Numbered from the stretch's first letter, positions 21,338 to 32,380 are shown. The stretch: 64,000 nucleotides of DNA from Sedimentisphaerales bacterium (GCA_040772485.1 JAXGYC010000009.1:416001-480000), one strand, 5' to 3'. Made by a program: numbers and translations. Notes: a model not told the origin generated them from the sequence alone.

Positions 21338-22549
21338 ATGTCGAAGCAAACAGCGGCCTCCTCCAACAAGGAGGCTTTGTACATCGTGTTCCTGGCGATG
21401 ATCGCGGCGGTCCCGGCGATGGCGACGGACATGTACCTCGCGGCGATGCCCACGATTGCGTCGCGATGGCAGGTGCCGGAAAGCCGGGTGGGTCTGTCGC
21501 TGGTCCTATGGTTCGTCGCGTTCAGCCTGTTTCTGTTGGTTTGTGGGCCCCTCTCGGACCGACACGGCAGAAGACCGGTTCTGCTGGCGGGCCTGACCTT
21601 GCTCGTCCTGGCCACGTTCGCCTGTGCCCTCGCGCAGGATGTCTGGCAACTGATCGGCTTCCGGATTCTCCAGGGCATCGGGGCGGCCGGCCCGTCATCC
21701 ATGGCGCTGGCCATCTGTCGGGATCGATATGACGGTCTGCGCCGCAAGCGCGCACTGGCCTATATCGGAATCATCCTGGCCGTCGTCCCAGCGGTTGCAC
21801 CGACTCTCGGGGCCTGGCTGCTGGCCTGGTTCAACTGGCGGTTCATCTTCCTGACCCAGGGCATGCTGGGGATTGTGGCCCTGCTGGTGGCGTTTCGCTT
21901 TCGGGAGACCGCAGCCGAGCGCGTCGCCGCAAACCTCCTGGGCCTGCTGGGCCGGTATCGGCGCGTGATCGAGAACCGGCGGTATTTGCTCACGAATATG
22001 ACGATGGGCCTGATCCTCGGACCGTTCTACGGCTTCATCGCGTTCTCGTCCATTGTCTACATCCAGATCTTCAATCTGTCCGAGACGGCGTTCGGCCTGC
22101 TGTTTGGGATCAACGCCCTGATGAGCATGGCCGGAGCCTTCACCTGCACCCGGGTCATCAGGTACTTCTCAGACTCCGTTCTCCTGTCCGTCTGTCTGGT
22201 CGGGTGTACGCTGGCCGGTGGGGGCATTCTGATGGCGGGCCATTGGCACTACCTAGCCTTCGCAAGCTTTATGTGCGCGATCACGTTCTTCTGCGGCATG
22301 AGCCGTCCGTTGAGCAATCACCTGATCCTGCAACAGGTCGATCGCGACATCGGTTCGGCCTCGTCGTTCATCGTATTCTACCAGTTCATGGTCGGCGCCG
22401 CCTGCATGCGCATCGTCACGACCCAGTGGAGTCACCCGATTTTCATTTTCGGCCTGGTCGCTCTCCTGCTGCCGGCGTCGGTGCTGGCGATCTGGCCGCT
22501 TCTGCTGCGGATGCTGAACGAGCCTGTTCCGACCGCCGTTGGGTCGTGA
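21338..22549 (+). CDS. Bcr/CflA-family MFS efflux transporter
   Basis: TDMYLAAMP, GPLSDRHGRRPVL, FRILQGIG, about 12 TMs. Confidence 0.9.
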   Translation: MSKQTAASSNKEALYIVFLAMIAAVPAMATDMYLAAMPTIASRWQVPESRVGLSLVLWFVAFSLFLLVCGPLSDRHGRRPVLLAGLTLLVLATFACALAQDVWQLIGFRILQGIGAAGPSSMALAICRDRYDGLRRKRALAYIGIILAVVPAVAPTLGAWLLAWFNWRFIFLTQGMLGIVALLVAFRFRETAAERVAANLLGLLGRYRRVIENRRYLLTNMTMGLILGPFYGFIAFSSIVYIQIFNLSETAFGLLFGINALMSMAGAFTCTRVIRYFSDSVLLSVCLVGCTLAGGGILMAGHWHYLAFASFMCAITFFCGMSRPLSNHLILQQVDRDIGSASSFIVFYQFMVGAACMRIVTTQWSHPIFIFGLVALLLPASVLAIWPLLLRMLNEPVPTAVGS

Positions 22550-22587
22550 CGGGGTGGGGCGTTCTGGTCCACGGGGGTGCGTTGGCG

Positions 22588-24345
22588 TCAGTCTTCCAGA
22601 GTCACCGGTTGGCTGCCTGGGGCGCTGAGACCTCGTCGCTGAAGGAGGGAGCCTTCCAGCCGGTAGAGGGCCACCAGGGCCTTGAAGTGGTTGGCGATGG
22701 CGCGAATCTCGGCGATCTGGCTGGCCACGAGGTCACGCTGGACCTGGGCCACGAGCAGGGAGGTCGATTTGCCGACCCGGAACTTCTCCGTTTCGACGCG
22801 GAGCGCTTCTTCCTGGAATTGCCGGGTGGCAGCGGTGGCGGCGATCTGCTCGCGCGTGCTGGTCACGACGACATAGGCGGAACGGACATCGACCTGGGCG
22901 AGCTGGATCAGGTTCTCCATGGCCTTGATCGACTGGGCCCTGGAGACCGTGGCTCGCGTATGGCGGGCCCTGGCGGCGCGGTTGCCGGCGGGCAGTTCGA
23001 ACAGCAGTCCGGCCTCCACGTCGTAACTGATGCCGTCCAACTCGTTGACGGCGTCGGAGAATGTCCTGGCGTATCCGGATTTGCCGTAGGTGACGAAGGC
23101 GTCCAGTCTCGGCAGCAGACCGTTGCGCGTCCGGACGACCTCCAGTTCGCCTCGCCGGATCAGCAAACGCGCCTGATTCAGATCGGGACGCATCCGCAGG
23201 GCCACCTCGACGTGCTGTTCGACGGGATCGAGCGGGGTGTCCGGCAGGGTCGTCCGGTACTCCAGTTGGATCTCCATGTCCCAATCGATTGGGTCCGAGG
23301 GATTCAACAGACGAATCAGGTTCAGACGCTCCCGCGCCAGGTTGCTCCGTGCGGTGATCAGGTTCTCTCGCCGCAGCGCCACCTCCGCTTGAGCGGCGGC
23401 CAACTCCGTCTCGGCCAGCGTGCCGATGTGGATCCGTTCCTGCGCCTCAGCCATCTGCTGCTCGGCCAGGCGCAGCGAGTCCGTGTAGATCCCGATCTGA
23501 CGCTGGGCCAGGGCGTAGTCATAGAAGCTGCTTTCCACCTGCTGGACCAACGCCTCCATGAATCCGCGCAGCTCATACTCGGAGATCTGGGTGTCGATTC
23601 GGGCCTGATGGACGGCCGCGAGGTTCACGCGAACGTCTCTTCCTCGCAAAAGGGCCTGCGTGACCGAGATGCCGAGGCGGTTGGAGACGAATGTGTCGCT
23701 GTAGAGCGACGAATCGGTGTAGTTGGTGGACGCGTCCAGGCCGACGGTGGTGCCGGTGGGAAACAGCTTGTCCACGGCGATCAGGCCGGTGGCAGTGTCG
23801 GCAATCTGGCTCTCGATGCCGGAGCCCGCGCGCGAGAGCCGATCGGCGACGGTCCGTCTCTGGGACCCTTGGCCGCTCAGGACCGGGTCAAAGATCGCGC
23901 GTTGCTCGTCCTCGAACGTCCGGCTGATTTCCGGCGTCATTCGCTGAACGATTAACGATTTGTTGTTCTCCATGGCCAGCAGGATCGCTCGCGGCACATC
24001 GATCCTCAGCGGCTCGTTTGTAGTGACTCCGTCAGGCGTTACCTCGTTTGTAGTGGCGTCGTCAGACGCTATTCCGTCTTTGTATGCCCTTACGGGCACA
24101 CTACGAACGTCGGCCAACGAGGGAGCGGCAAGCAGGGCGGCGAAGAGTAGGGCGCCAAGTCCGAATATCGAAATCCGAAATCCGAAACAAATCCGAAATC
24201 CCAAACCCGAATGACCGAAACGCTGTCGCCCGGCGGCCGAGCCGTTTCGAGATTTGGATTTCGAGCCTTCGTGCTTGTTTCGGATTTCGGATTTCGGATT
24301 TCGAGCTTCTCTACCCATGTGCTTCTCAACCATAATCGCCATCAC
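22588..24345 (-). CDS. TolC-family outer membrane efflux protein (start uncertain; N-terminus carries repeat insertions)
   Basis: AILLAMENN, ALRMRPDL, LLPRLD, EKFRVGKSTSLLVAQ. Last gene of the RND operon. Confidence 0.85.
   Translation of the reverse strand: MMAIMVEKHMGREARNPKSEIRNKHEGSKSKSRNGSAAGRQRFGHSGLGFRICFGFRISIFGLGALLFAALLAAPSLADVRSVPVRAYKDGIASDDATTNEVTPDGVTTNEPLRIDVPRAILLAMENNKSLIVQRMTPEISRTFEDEQRAIFDPVLSGQGSQRRTVADRLSRAGSGIESQIADTATGLIAVDKLFPTGTTVGLDASTNYTDSSLYSDTFVSNRLGISVTQALLRGRDVRVNLAAVHQARIDTQISEYELRGFMEALVQQVESSFYDYALAQRQIGIYTDSLRLAEQQMAEAQERIHIGTLAETELAAAQAEVALRRENLITARSNLARERLNLIRLLNPSDPIDWDMEIQLEYRTTLPDTPLDPVEQHVEVALRMRPDLNQARLLIRRGELEVVRTRNGLLPRLDAFVTYGKSGYARTFSDAVNELDGISYDVEAGLLFELPAGNRAARARHTRATVSRAQSIKAMENLIQLAQVDVRSAYVVVTSTREQIAATAATRQFQEEALRVETEKFRVGKSTSLLVAQVQRDLVASQIAEIRAIANHFKALVALYRLEGSLLQRRGLSAPGSQPVTLED
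24013..24108. repeat. GTAGT/ACTAC REP cluster in-frame in the TolC gene
   Basis: Two tandem 30-bp units CTCGTTTGTAGTG..GTCAG.CG.TA plus the 27-mer GTATGCCCTTACGGGCACACTACGAAC (24082-24108), which is identical to 44846-44872. Confidence 0.85.
24161..24309. repeat. Heptamer (CGAAATC)n inverted-repeat element at the TolC N-terminus
   Basis: Left arm GAAATCCGAAATCCGAAACAAATCCGAAATC, right arm GTTTCGGATTTCGGATTTCGGATTTCG. Confidence 0.85.
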
Positions 24346-24378
24346 AGGTTATACATTTGAAACAGGTTTCTCACTGGC

Positions 24379-27300
24379 TTAGGCGCAAGCCTCCGCCCGC
24401 CAGGCGTGGCGTTCGAAGAGCGAATAAACGACCGGCACGAAGACCAGCGTGATCAGCGTCGAGCTGAGCAGTCCTCCGATGACGGCCCGGGCCATCGGAG
24501 CCTGCGCTTCGCCGCCTTCACCCAGGCCCAGCGCCAGCGGCACCAGGCCGATGATCGTGGTGGCCGCGGTCATGAGGATCGGTCGCAGACGGCGGCGGCC
24601 GGCCTCCTCGATCGCCTCGCGGATGGGCAAACCGTCGCGACGACGCAGCAGGTTCGTGTGGTCGACCAGCAGAATCGCGTTATTGACCACGATGCCGCCG
24701 AGCATGATGCATCCGATGAACGACTGGATGTTGAACGTCGTGCCGGTGAAGAACAGCATCAGGATGACGCCGATGCCGGCCAGCGGCACGGAGAACATCA
24801 CGACGAACGGGTCTCGCAGCGACTCGTACTGACAGGCCATCACCATGTAGACGAGCACCAGGGCCAGGATGCAACTGAACAGCAGTTCACGGAAAGACTC
24901 CTGCTGTTCTTCGTAGTCGCCCCCATAGCCGATGGTGAAGCCCGAGGGCACGGGAACCGAACGGAGCCGGCTCTGAACGTCCGCAATCACCGAGCCCATG
25001 TCTCTCCCGCTCACCTCGCCGGTGACCGTGATGATCCGTTCCTGGTCTTTGCGCTCGATGAGCACGGGCCCGCTTCGCGGCACGCTATCCACGACGTTGC
25101 GCAGAACGACAGGCTGTCCATCGGTGTTCGTGAGGGTCAGATCGAGGATATCTCGCAAGTCACTCTTCTCGGCGTCACGGAGCTTGACCAGGATCGTGAA
25201 CTCGTCGCCCGCCTGGCGATAGTAGCCTGCCCGGGTGCCGGAGAGGATCGTCTGAAGGGCGTTGGCGATCCGGGAGACGGTCAGGTGCATGTCGGCCGCT
25301 TTCTGGCGGTCGATGATGATCTGCTGCTCCGGGCCGCCGGGGTCGCGGCTGATCCGGGTGTCGGCGATGCCCGGGACCTCCACCATGATATCCTGAACCT
25401 GCTGGGCCATCAGATCGGCGGTCTTGAAGTCGTGCCCGCGGATTTCGACGACGACTTTGTTGGCTTCGGTGGTGCCCATGCGCATGATGAAAAGCCCCTG
25501 GCCCGCTCGGGTCCGGACCATGGTTCCGGGAATCCCGCTGAGCTTCTTGCGCAGGTCGTCGGCGATCTGCTGGCTGGACCGGGTCCGCTGGCTCTGGGGG
25601 ACCAGCGCGATGCGAATGTCTCCGGTGTGGCCGCCGCCGCCGTACCACCGGGCGCCGCCGACGTTGGCGACGACATTGCGAATCTCCGGCACGTTCTCAT
25701 TGACGATCTTCTCGATAGTCCGGAACTTGCTGTCCAGCAGGTCCAGACGGGTGCCCACCTCCATCTCCACCTCCACACGGACCTCGCCTTCGTCCGTGCT
25801 GGGCATCAGCTCGGCGCCCAGGTAGCGTGCCAGAAGCCCGGTCGCGCCGAGCAGCACGGTGGCGCTGATCACGACCAGCGCCCGGTGCCTCAGGGCGGTG
25901 TGCAGGAGATTCCGGTAGCTGTTCTCCATGCCGGTGAGGAGCCGCCCGCTGGCCTCGTACAGCCGACGGTTCAGTGTCCGTCGGCTCGTGGCGTCCCAAG
26001 GCCCGGTGTGCAGGATTCGCGCGCAAAGCATCGGCACCACGGTCAGTGCCACGGCCAGAGAGCACAGCAGGGAGAACGCCACGACGATGGAGAGCTGTTT
26101 GAACATTACGCCGGACATGCCCCGCATGAACACCAGGGGCAAGAACACCACGACGGTCGTCAGTGTACTGGCGATGACCGCCGCCGTGACCTCATTGGCG
26201 CCGTCCACGGAGGCCTGCTCGATCGACTCGCCGGTCTCGTGAATCCGGTAGATGTTCTCGAGCACGACGATGGCGTTGTCCACCAGCATGCCGATGCCCA
26301 ACGCCAAGCCGCCCAGCGTCATGATGTTTAGCGTCAGGTCATTGAAGTACAGCAGGGCGAAGGTCGCGATGATGGAAACGGGAATCGCGGTGGCGATGAT
26401 GACGGTGCTTCGAATGTTGCGCAGGAACAACAGCAGGATGACGACCGCCAGCAGGCCGCCGTACATGGCCGAGCTTCCCACATTACGGATCGAATTCTTG
26501 ATGTACTGAGACGTATCGATGATCGGGACGATTCGGATCTGAGGGATGTCCCGGTTGATGCGCTCCAGCTCGGTCAGAGCGCCGCGGGCCACATCGACGG
26601 TGTTCTTGCCCGATTGCTTGCTCACCGCCATGCGGATCCCCGGTTCGCCGTCTACGCGCACGATGCGGGTAATCCTCTGCCAGGAGTCCTCGACCAGGGC
26701 GATCTCCTTGAGTTGGACGGGCGCGCCCTGGCGCATCGCAATGACCGTGTCCTGCAATTGCCGCAGGTCCGTGTACTCACCGGGGGTGCGGATGGTGATT
26801 TCGTAATTGCCCTTTTCGATGCTTCCGGCCGGAATGTTCACGTTGCCCTCGCGGACCTGTGAGACGATCTGGTCCAGCGGAATGGCCAGCGCGTTGATCT
26901 TGGCCGGATCGAGGCTGACGTGAATCTCGCGTTCGAGCCCGCCGAAAATGTCCACGGCCGCCACGCCGGGGACACGTTCCAGACGGTACTTCACCTGATC
27001 TTCCAGGATCATGCGGGTTTGCACCGGGTCGAGCCGGCTGGAGGCGCCGAGGATCAGGATGGGAAACGCGGCCAAGTCGAACTTTCGCAGCGTCGGCCGG
27101 TCGGCTTCTTCGGGCAGCCGTCCTGTCACGCGATCGAGGCGATCGCGAATGTCGTTCGCGGCGGTGTCAAGGTCGGTTCCCCACGTGAACGTCACGCGCA
27201 CGTTGCCCCGGCCCTCGACGGATGTGGACGTGAGCTCTTCCACGCCCGGCACGGCGCTCATCGCCTGCTCGATGGGGCGGGTGATCAGCTCCTCGATTTC

Positions 27301-27471
27301 CTCGGGTCCGGCGTTCTCGTAGTCGCACGAGATGCTGATTGTCGGGTAGGAAATGTCCGGCATCAGGTCGATGGGAAGGCGCACCAGCGAAACCCCGCCC
27401 AGGATCACCACGATCAGAACGACCATGATCGTGAAGATAGGCCGATGGACAGAGAAGTGCGAAATTTTCAT
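24379..27471 (-). CDS. RND efflux permease (AcrB/AcrD/AcrF family)
   Basis: 1030 aa. [43 protein letters not shown]. Confidence 0.95.
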   Translation of the reverse strand: MKISHFSVHRPIFTIMVVLIVVILGGVSLVRLPIDLMPDISYPTISISCDYENAGPEEIEELITRPIEQAMSAVPGVEELTSTSVEGRGNVRVTFTWGTDLDTAANDIRDRLDRVTGRLPEEADRPTLRKFDLAAFPILILGASSRLDPVQTRMILEDQVKYRLERVPGVAAVDIFGGLEREIHVSLDPAKINALAIPLDQIVSQVREGNVNIPAGSIEKGNYEITIRTPGEYTDLRQLQDTVIAMRQGAPVQLKEIALVEDSWQRITRIVRVDGEPGIRMAVSKQSGKNTVDVARGALTELERINRDIPQIRIVPIIDTSQYIKNSIRNVGSSAMYGGLLAVVILLLFLRNIRSTVIIATAIPVSIIATFALLYFNDLTLNIMTLGGLALGIGMLVDNAIVVLENIYRIHETGESIEQASVDGANEVTAAVIASTLTTVVVFLPLVFMRGMSGVMFKQLSIVVAFSLLCSLAVALTVVPMLCARILHTGPWDATSRRTLNRRLYEASGRLLTGMENSYRNLLHTALRHRALVVISATVLLGATGLLARYLGAELMPSTDEGEVRVEVEMEVGTRLDLLDSKFRTIEKIVNENVPEIRNVVANVGGARWYGGGGHTGDIRIALVPQSQRTRSSQQIADDLRKKLSGIPGTMVRTRAGQGLFIMRMGTTEANKVVVEIRGHDFKTADLMAQQVQDIMVEVPGIADTRISRDPGGPEQQIIIDRQKAADMHLTVSRIANALQTILSGTRAGYYRQAGDEFTILVKLRDAEKSDLRDILDLTLTNTDGQPVVLRNVVDSVPRSGPVLIERKDQERIITVTGEVSGRDMGSVIADVQSRLRSVPVPSGFTIGYGGDYEEQQESFRELLFSCILALVLVYMVMACQYESLRDPFVVMFSVPLAGIGVILMLFFTGTTFNIQSFIGCIMLGGIVVNNAILLVDHTNLLRRRDGLPIREAIEEAGRRRLRPILMTAATTIIGLVPLALGLGEGGEAQAPMARAVIGGLLSSTLITLVFVPVVYSLFERHAWRAEACA

Positions 27472-28754
27472 CGCGTGCCTCCCTGCCGGACGGAGCCCTG
27501 GCCATCGGCGGAGCCCGGAGGGGCAGACTCCTGCTCGGCGCCGGCGGTCTTGTGCTGTGGCAGCGTGACGCGCGACCCGTCTTCGAGAAGGTGATTGCCG
27601 AGCGTGACGACCGAGCCGGAAATCTCCGGTTCGACGATCTCTACAACTTCTCCGTTGACGATCCCCGTCGTGACCGGCACGAAGCGCACCTGCGAGGCCG
27701 GACCTTGAGATGACCCTTTGAGCCCCTGGGGAATCGTTGCGTCCGGTGCAGCCGCTTCCACGAGGAAGACGCCCTCTTGCCCCGACCTTCTGACGATGGC
27801 GCTGAACGGCGCGAGCGTGACGTTCTCATGCGTGGCGAACTCGACCTGCGCCCGGATGAACATGCCCGGCTTGAGCAGACGGTCGGGATTGGGGACCTCA
27901 ATCTCCACACGGGCCTGGCGGCTGGTTTCTCGGATCAGCGGAGCGATTCGCTGGATCCGGCCGGCAAACGTCCGGCCGGGATAGGCGTCCGTCGTGATCA
28001 TCGCCTGTTGTCCGATCTGGATCTTCGGATAGTCCCGCTCGATTACGAAGACGACCGCCACCAGCGGGTTGTTCTCGAGAACCGACACGATCGCCTGGTT
28101 CACCTGCACCAGGGCGCCCTCATCGACGAACCGTTCTCCGACCACGCGATTCGGATCGCCCGCCTCCCAGAAGGCGCGAACCTGCGTGTAGGACAACTGT
28201 AGTTTCGCCGCCTCCAGGGCGGCTTCCCTTTGCGCCACCTGGGCCAGCGTGACCTTCAGTTGCGTCTGGCTGGCGTTGTACTGGGCGGCGGCGGCGTCCA
28301 TCTCCGCGACCGACGCGATCTGCTTTTCCCGCAGGGCCGTGACCCGCTCGTATTCGCGCTTGGCCAGATCGAGCGCGCTGGCCCCATTCTCCGCATTGGC
28401 CTTGGCCACCTGGAGTTCCGCCCGCGCCTGCTCGACCTGCCGTGTGAACTGCTCGTCGTCGAGGACGGCGATCACCTCGTTGCGCCCGACGCGGTCGCCG
28501 ATGTCCACAAGAAGCTTGCGCAGCCAGCCGGTGGCCTTCGAAGCGACCACGAACTGCGACTTCGGCACCAACGAGCCGGTGAAGACGCCGATGTCCCGGA
28601 TCATGTCCTTGCGCAGCGGCTGCGTTTCCACCGCGACGGCGACGGAACGATTCTGTTGTCCTTTCTGCCCCGATGCCGCGATGCGTCTATGCGTTTCCCA
28701 TCCGGCGGCAACGATTCCGATGACAACAACGGCAATGAATACAAGTTTCTTCAT
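27468..28754 (-). CDS. RND membrane fusion protein (periplasmic adaptor)
   Basis: N-terminal TM, VDIGDRV lipoyl half-motif, alpha-hairpin, LKPGMF. Confidence 0.92.
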   Translation of the reverse strand: MKKLVFIAVVVIGIVAAGWETHRRIAASGQKGQQNRSVAVAVETQPLRKDMIRDIGVFTGSLVPKSQFVVASKATGWLRKLLVDIGDRVGRNEVIAVLDDEQFTRQVEQARAELQVAKANAENGASALDLAKREYERVTALREKQIASVAEMDAAAAQYNASQTQLKVTLAQVAQREAALEAAKLQLSYTQVRAFWEAGDPNRVVGERFVDEGALVQVNQAIVSVLENNPLVAVVFVIERDYPKIQIGQQAMITTDAYPGRTFAGRIQRIAPLIRETSRQARVEIEVPNPDRLLKPGMFIRAQVEFATHENVTLAPFSAIVRRSGQEGVFLVEAAAPDATIPQGLKGSSQGPASQVRFVPVTTGIVNGEVVEIVEPEISGSVVTLGNHLLEDGSRVTLPQHKTAGAEQESAPPGSADGQGSVRQGGTR

Positions 28755-28764
28755 TCACATGTTC

Positions 28765-29493
28765 CTATGCTCTGTCTGAAAACACCCGGGTCAATCCTCG
28801 TTTTCGGTTTGGGGCCGGGGCCGCGTCGAACGGTTCGTTGCCGCCAGCCTCGATATCTTCACGCGTCGTCTTGATTCCTGCCAGCGAGAAACGGGCAATG
28901 TGATCGGTCAGCGTCTTGACCAGTTGATCGGTCGGCGCATCGAACCTCACATGAGGCGGAACCTTGCCGCTGAACAGGCGAATCCCGATGGCGATGCACT
29001 GGTGGACTACGCTCATGCCGCACAGATGGATCTGCTCTTCGCTGGCCCCCGGTCCGAGCATCTCTTTCATGAGCCGGCCCATGCGTTCCTGCATAGGACG
29101 AAGCGCATCGTTTTTGACGTGCTCGATCACTTCCGTCGGGTTCATCATCTCGCGCAGCAGCAGCCTGCCGGCGTGTCCGATCCGCCCGCGATCGGCGAGT
29201 TTGCCGACGAGCGAATGGATGGTCCCGCGAAGGCGATCCTCTGCCGGCGCATCGGGCCCGAGCCCGCCTTCGGGTGGATACGCCTCGTTGGCCTCATCGA
29301 AGGCACGACGCCAGACTTCGGCATACAGTTCTTCTTTGGAGCCGAAATGGTAGCTGACGGCGGCGATGTTGCTTGCGGCCCGCGAGCAGATGTCCTCGAC
29401 GGTGGCTTCGTGATAGCCCTTCTCCGCAAAGACCTCCCGTGCCACGGCGAGAATCCGGTCACGCGTTTCCACTCCGTCTTTTCGTCTGGCCAC
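28765..29493 (-). CDS. TetR-family regulator (CerR/DUF1956-type C-terminus)
   Basis: TRDRILAVAREVFAEKGYHEATVEDIC..NIAAVSYHFGSKEELY. Probable GTG start at 29493. Confidence 0.9.
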   Translation of the reverse strand: MARRKDGVETRDRILAVAREVFAEKGYHEATVEDICSRAASNIAAVSYHFGSKEELYAEVWRRAFDEANEAYPPEGGLGPDAPAEDRLRGTIHSLVGKLADRGRIGHAGRLLLREMMNPTEVIEHVKNDALRPMQERMGRLMKEMLGPGASEEQIHLCGMSVVHQCIAIGIRLFSGKVPPHVRFDAPTDQLVKTLTDHIARFSLAGIKTTREDIEAGGNEPFDAAPAPNRKRGLTRVFSDRA

Positions 29494-29556
29494 GTCAAGC
29501 CTCGGGTCTGTTCCCGATGGACATCGGGATCGCCGGTGCGAATCATTGTACGCCTG

Positions 29557-29576
29557 TTTCAAAAGTACATTTGAAA
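29557..29576. promoter_or_regulatory. Putative TetR operator TTTCAAA-AGTACA-TTTGAAA
   Basis: Palindrome about 65 bp upstream of tetR. A related sequence lies at 24351-24366. Confidence 0.7.
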
Positions 29577-29740
29577 TGCGCAGGGGCCTGTGCGTCAAAT
29601 GGATTTCTGGACGGTGGGCATGGTTTCTGGCCGCAGCGGCATGAGTCCTATAAACAACGCCCTTGCAGGCATGATAGGATGCCAATGCGCCGGTGGCGAC
29701 GCATACCTCGGTTCGCAACGGTCCGGTGTGCGGCTGCCTG

Positions 29741-30877
29741 TTACTCGACCGTGAACCGGAAGATCGTCGTGGATCTGTACTCCTGGCCAGGTCGGAGCAC
29801 TGTTGACGGAAAGTGCGGCTTGTTGGGCGAGTCGGGAAAATGCTGCGTTTCCAGGCAGAAGCTGTGGTGCGAGCCATAGACTCTGCCCTGCTTGCCTTTG
29901 ACGTTGTTCATCCCGTTGGCGGTGTAGAGCTGCACTCCCGGCTCGGTGGTGTAGACCTCCATGACCCGACCGCTGAGGGGCTCGCGAACACGGGCCGCCA
30001 GGACCGATGAGCCGTACGAGCTCTTAAGCACATAGGTGTGGTCGTATCCCCGCGTCTCGGTCAGCTCGTCGATTCGCTCCCCGATCCGGCGGGGTTCGGT
30101 GAAGTCCAGAGGAGTGCCCTGGACGCTGCGAATTTCCCCCGTCGGGATCAGGCCTTCACCGGCCGGAGTGTACCACGGCGCTGCGATCATCAGTTCATGG
30201 CCCAGGATGTCTCCGCTGCCGGCACCGGCCAAGTTGAAGTAGCTGTGGTTCGTGAGGTTCACGACCGTGGGTTTGTCGGTGGTGGCGCTGTACGCGATCT
30301 TCAGTTCGTTCTTGTCGGTCAGCGCATACGTGACAGTACATTGCAGGTTGCCTGGGAAGCCCTCCTCACCGTCAGGGCTGAAGTGGGTCAGGCGGACGCC
30401 GATCTCCGTACCATCGCGGTAGCTGGAGCCTTTCCAGACGACTCGGTCGAATCGCTTGTCGCCTCCGCCGTGGATGTGGTTCTTGCCCGCGTTGGCGGTG
30501 ATCCGGTGCTCGACGCCGTCCAGCGTGAATCGCGCGCCGGCGATCCGGTTGGCATAGCGCCCGACGACGGCGCCGAAAAGCGGGTTCCTCTTGATGTAGG
30601 AATCGAGGTCATCAAAGCCGAGCACGACGTCGGCGAACTGCCCGTGGCGGTCGGGCACGTCGAGCGAAACGAGAATGGCCCCGTAGGTGATGACCTTCGC
30701 CCGCAGCCCATGCGCGTTGGTGAGGGTATAGAGCATCACATCCCGTCCATCCGGCGTGGCGCCGAACCGGGTCTCGGAGAGGCTTGTGATCGCCGGCTGG
30801 TCGGCCCGTGCCGACAAGCTGAATGCGAGGATGACTGCGATCAGGAGCAACGGGGCAAATGAGCGTCTGACGGTCAT
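29741..30877 (-). CDS. galM: Aldose 1-epimerase (galactose mutarotase) with signal peptide
   Basis: GRYANRI, HIHGG, EEGFPG, NLTNHSYFNL, CLETQHFPDSPN. Confidence 0.93.
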   Translation of the reverse strand: MTVRRSFAPLLLIAVILAFSLSARADQPAITSLSETRFGATPDGRDVMLYTLTNAHGLRAKVITYGAILVSLDVPDRHGQFADVVLGFDDLDSYIKRNPLFGAVVGRYANRIAGARFTLDGVEHRITANAGKNHIHGGGDKRFDRVVWKGSSYRDGTEIGVRLTHFSPDGEEGFPGNLQCTVTYALTDKNELKIAYSATTDKPTVVNLTNHSYFNLAGAGSGDILGHELMIAAPWYTPAGEGLIPTGEIRSVQGTPLDFTEPRRIGERIDELTETRGYDHTYVLKSSYGSSVLAARVREPLSGRVMEVYTTEPGVQLYTANGMNNVKGKQGRVYGSHHSFCLETQHFPDSPNKPHFPSTVLRPGQEYRSTTIFRFTVE

Positions 30878-31057
30878 GATCTGTCTCTCCTACACCTGGA
30901 GCCTGCTGACACGCTGTGCATTGGCCGCGGAACGACGATGGGATTGTAGGCACAGCAAGCTGGCCCGGTCAAGACAACGGTCCAGTGCGAACCGATCTGG
31001 CGGGGCAAGGACCGCGTCGTTCGCATCAAATCTTCTGCCGCTCGGACGAATTCCTCC

Positions 31058-31086
31058 TTGACAATGGTTCGTGTGCGAACTATCTT
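31058..31086 (+). promoter_or_regulatory. sigma70 promoter TTGACA-N17-TATCTT with a palindromic MarR operator filling the spacer
   Basis: -35 at 31058-31063, -10 at 31081-31086. Operator ATGGTTCGTGTGCGAACTAT, with a second copy ATAGTTCGTATGCGAATGAC at 31577-31596. Confidence 0.8.
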
Positions 31087-31123
31087 TTCCTCATATCGAG
31101 TTCAGGCAACGAACAGGACGGCT

Positions 31124-31558
31124 ATGGTTGATGTCAATGGTATCGCAGGGCAGATAGGCAGGATCAGAGAGAAGGCCAATGCCTTGGTTGAAGACGAGCT
31201 GAAGAGGCGGAACATCAAGGGGATTGTCGCCGCACACGGACATGTGCTGGCCTTTCTCTTGCGGCAGAAGCGACCGGTCGCCATCAGAGAGGTGGTGGAA
31301 CACGTCCGGCGGGTCAAGTCCACCGTGACCGTGACGATCCGTACCCTCGAACGACATGGGTATGTGCGCAAGTCCCCCAGCGAAACGGATGCTCGCGTCA
31401 CGTACGTGGAACTGACCGCCAAGGGACGCGGCCTTCAGAAGGACTTTGAGGAGATCTCCGAGATGTTGCGGAGCAGGCTCTATGGCGACATGAGCGAAAA
31501 GGACCGCGAGCGCCTGGTGCGGCAACTGGACAGGATCGAGGCCAACTTGAGTCAATGA
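31124..31558 (+). CDS. MarR-family regulator
   Basis: KSTVTVTIRTLERHGYV..DARVTYVELTAKG. Confidence 0.9.
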   Translation: MVDVNGIAGQIGRIREKANALVEDELKRRNIKGIVAAHGHVLAFLLRQKRPVAIREVVEHVRRVKSTVTVTIRTLERHGYVRKSPSETDARVTYVELTAKGRGLQKDFEEISEMLRSRLYGDMSEKDRERLVRQLDRIEANLSQ

Positions 31559-31678
31559 TCCTTCTCTCGTGCGCAAATAGTTCGTATGCGAATGACCTGG
31601 CTGTCGAAGAAAATGAAGCCATGCCGGGCCCATCGAAGCAATAGACGGCTGTAACCGCAAGTCAAACAGGAGGCAAAC

Positions 31679-32077
31679 ATGAAGAAGACGGGAAAGAACT
31701 ACAAAGCATCATCGATCGGGGACGTCCAGACGCTTGGACGCATAACCCTCAAGGCCGAGCTTGCGCTGACCGGCTCGGAGATATCCATCAACGAATTGCC
31801 GGCAGGAGTCAGCGTCCCGTTCGTCCACAGTCACAAGCGGAACGAAGAGGTCTATATCATCCTAAAAGGGAAGGGGCAGTTTTACGTCGATGGCGACGAA
31901 TTTGAAGTCGAGGAGGGCAGCGTCCTTCGTGTCGACCCTGCCGGGGCACGGTGCCTGAGAGCCGGCGGCCAGACTCCGATTCGATACATCTGCATTCAAA
32001 CCGAGGCGAATAGCTTGGTTCAATTCACGCAGGACGACGGAGTCATGTCGGAACCCAAACCAAGTTGGCTGAAATAG
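31679..32077 (+). CDS. Cupin domain protein
   Basis: PFVHSHKRNEEVYIILKGKG cupin motif 1. AGGAGG RBS. Confidence 0.88.
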   Translation: MKKTGKNYKASSIGDVQTLGRITLKAELALTGSEISINELPAGVSVPFVHSHKRNEEVYIILKGKGQFYVDGDEFEVEEGSVLRVDPAGARCLRAGGQTPIRYICIQTEANSLVQFTQDDGVMSEPKPSWLK

Positions 32078-32380
32078 GCTGACGTCTTATTGGCGTCGCG
32101 GAACTCGACCGAATACGAACGGCGTCATGAAGCACGACAGTTACCTATGAATCAGGCGGCCCGGCGTTAGGGGTTCCCGCGCCCACCGTCCGTAGCACAG
32201 GTCAACAAGATGGCGGACAACCCGCAATCGGCGCTTTTCTATCTCGACGAAGCTGCCGCAACGATCGCCGATCTCAGCGGCAATCCGCCCCGGACGTTCA
32301 GACTCTGATTCAAAGAGACAGCCTCCTCAAGTGATCGAGGACGCTGGCGCTGCCTGTACCTGCCCGCCCAATAGGCTGGA

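Noticed and set aside
24013..24072. 30-bp tandem units as a possible CRISPR array
   Set aside because: Only two adjacent units, no spacers and no cas genes; they match the REP family at 44805.
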